DNA of 64,000 nucleotides from Escherichia coli (GTDB lineage Bacteria; Pseudomonadota; Gammaproteobacteria; Enterobacterales; Enterobacteriaceae): NCBI RefSeq assembly GCF_024223415.1, contig NZ_CP100500.1; one strand, 5' to 3'. Shown piece by piece: positions 63,326 to 64,000 of this stretch (position 1 is its first letter; each line of letters starts with the position of its first letter). The notes under the pieces were generated by a model. It saw only the letters and a program-made list of their open reading frames with translations, ran no database searches and was not told where the DNA came from. The position numbers and the translations under genes were made by a program.

Positions 63326-64000
63326 TGAGCATTAAATTAATTGCGGTAGACATGGATGGTACTTTCTTAAGCGATCAAAAAACCTATAACCGTGAGCGGT
63401 TTATGGCTCAGTATCAGCAAATGAAAGCACAAGGCATTCGCTTTGTGGTCGCCAGCGGGAATCAATATTATCAGTTGATCTCTTTCTTCCCTGAAATTGC
63501 TAATGAAATTGCCTTTGTGGCTGAAAACGGCGGCTGGGTAGTGAGTGAAGGCAAAGATGTTTTTAATGGCGAGCTGTCGAAGGATGCGTTTACTACTGTC
63601 GTGGAACATTTGCTGACGCGCCCGGAAGTGGAAATTATTGCCTGCGGAAAAAATAGCGCCTATACGCTCAAAAAATATGACGATGCCATGAAAACGGTGG
63701 CGGAAATGTATTATCACCGTCTGGAATACGTCGATAACTTTGACAACTTAGAAGATATCTTCTTTAAGTTTGGCCTGAATCTTTCCGATGAACTGATTCC
63801 ACAAGTACAAAAAGCATTACATGAGGCCATCGGCGATATTATGGTGCCGGTCCACACCGGCAACGGCAGCATCGATCTGATTATCCCCGGCGTACATAAA
63901 GCCAATGGCCTTCGCCAACTGCAGAAATTATGGGGAATAGACGACAGCGAAGTGGTGGTCTTTGGCGATGGCGGTAACGATATTGAGATGCTGTGTCAGG
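63325..64000 (+). CDS. ybjI: HAD-family sugar/FMN phosphatase YbjI (partial; runs off window end)
   Basis: [26 protein letters not shown] with the HAD DxDGT motif; ATG overlaps the ybjJ stop. Confidence 0.8.
   Translation, partial: MSIKLIAVDMDGTFLSDQKTYNRERFMAQYQQMKAQGIRFVVASGNQYYQLISFFPEIANEIAFVAENGGWVVSEGKDVFNGELSKDAFTTVVEHLLTRPEVEIIACGKNSAYTLKKYDDAMKTVAEMYYHRLEYVDNFDNLEDIFFKFGLNLSDELIPQVQKALHEAIGDIMVPVHTGNGSIDLIIPGVHKANGLRQLQKLWGIDDSEVVVFGDGGNDIEMLCQ

Overview
This window is an Escherichia coli chromosomal segment corresponding to the clpA-clpS-cspD-macAB-ybjX-ybjD-aqpZ-ybjE-hcp-hcr-poxB-ltaE-ybjTS-amiD-ybjQ-ybjP-artPIQMJ-rlmC-ybjO-potIHGF-ybjN-rimK-nfsA-ybjC-grxA-ybjM-ybjL-rcdA-ybjJ-ybjI region, inverted relative to the K-12 map as I recall it. 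All calls come from reading the sequence and the ORF track; no searches were run. Four accessory blocks and one lone gene interrupt this backbone. (1) Positions 1 to about 6540 are the right-hand part of a P4/CP4-57-type integrative element with a tyrosine integrase, an AlpA-like regulator, a DUF3987-like gene, a degenerate IS1-family element and an AT-rich orphan 608-aa cargo gene; it ends at a tRNA 3'-end-like sequence next to an orphan type I-F CRISPR mini-array downstream of clpA. (2) Positions 9617-20103, between clpS and cspD, hold a roughly 10.5-kb phage satellite of the PICI type. It carries an integrase, AlpA, a primase/helicase with downstream iterons, SSB, a PerC-like regulator, a FinO/ProQ-domain protein, a lambda-type cos site with a Nu1-like small terminase, and an accessory module of small genes. 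(3) A 2.6-kb AT-rich insertion between ybjQ and ybjP encodes a 599-aa pentapeptide-repeat protein. (4) A 3.4-kb insertion between artJ and rlmC encodes a Cys-type sulfatase with PTS IIB and IIC components. A lone AT-rich hexapeptide acetyltransferase gene sits between ybjL and rcdA. The best candidates for an undescribed system are the orphan 608-aa cargo gene beside the integrase (3112-4938) and the satellite's small-gene accessory module with its hairpin-rich non-coding end; neither could be assigned a function from sequence alone.
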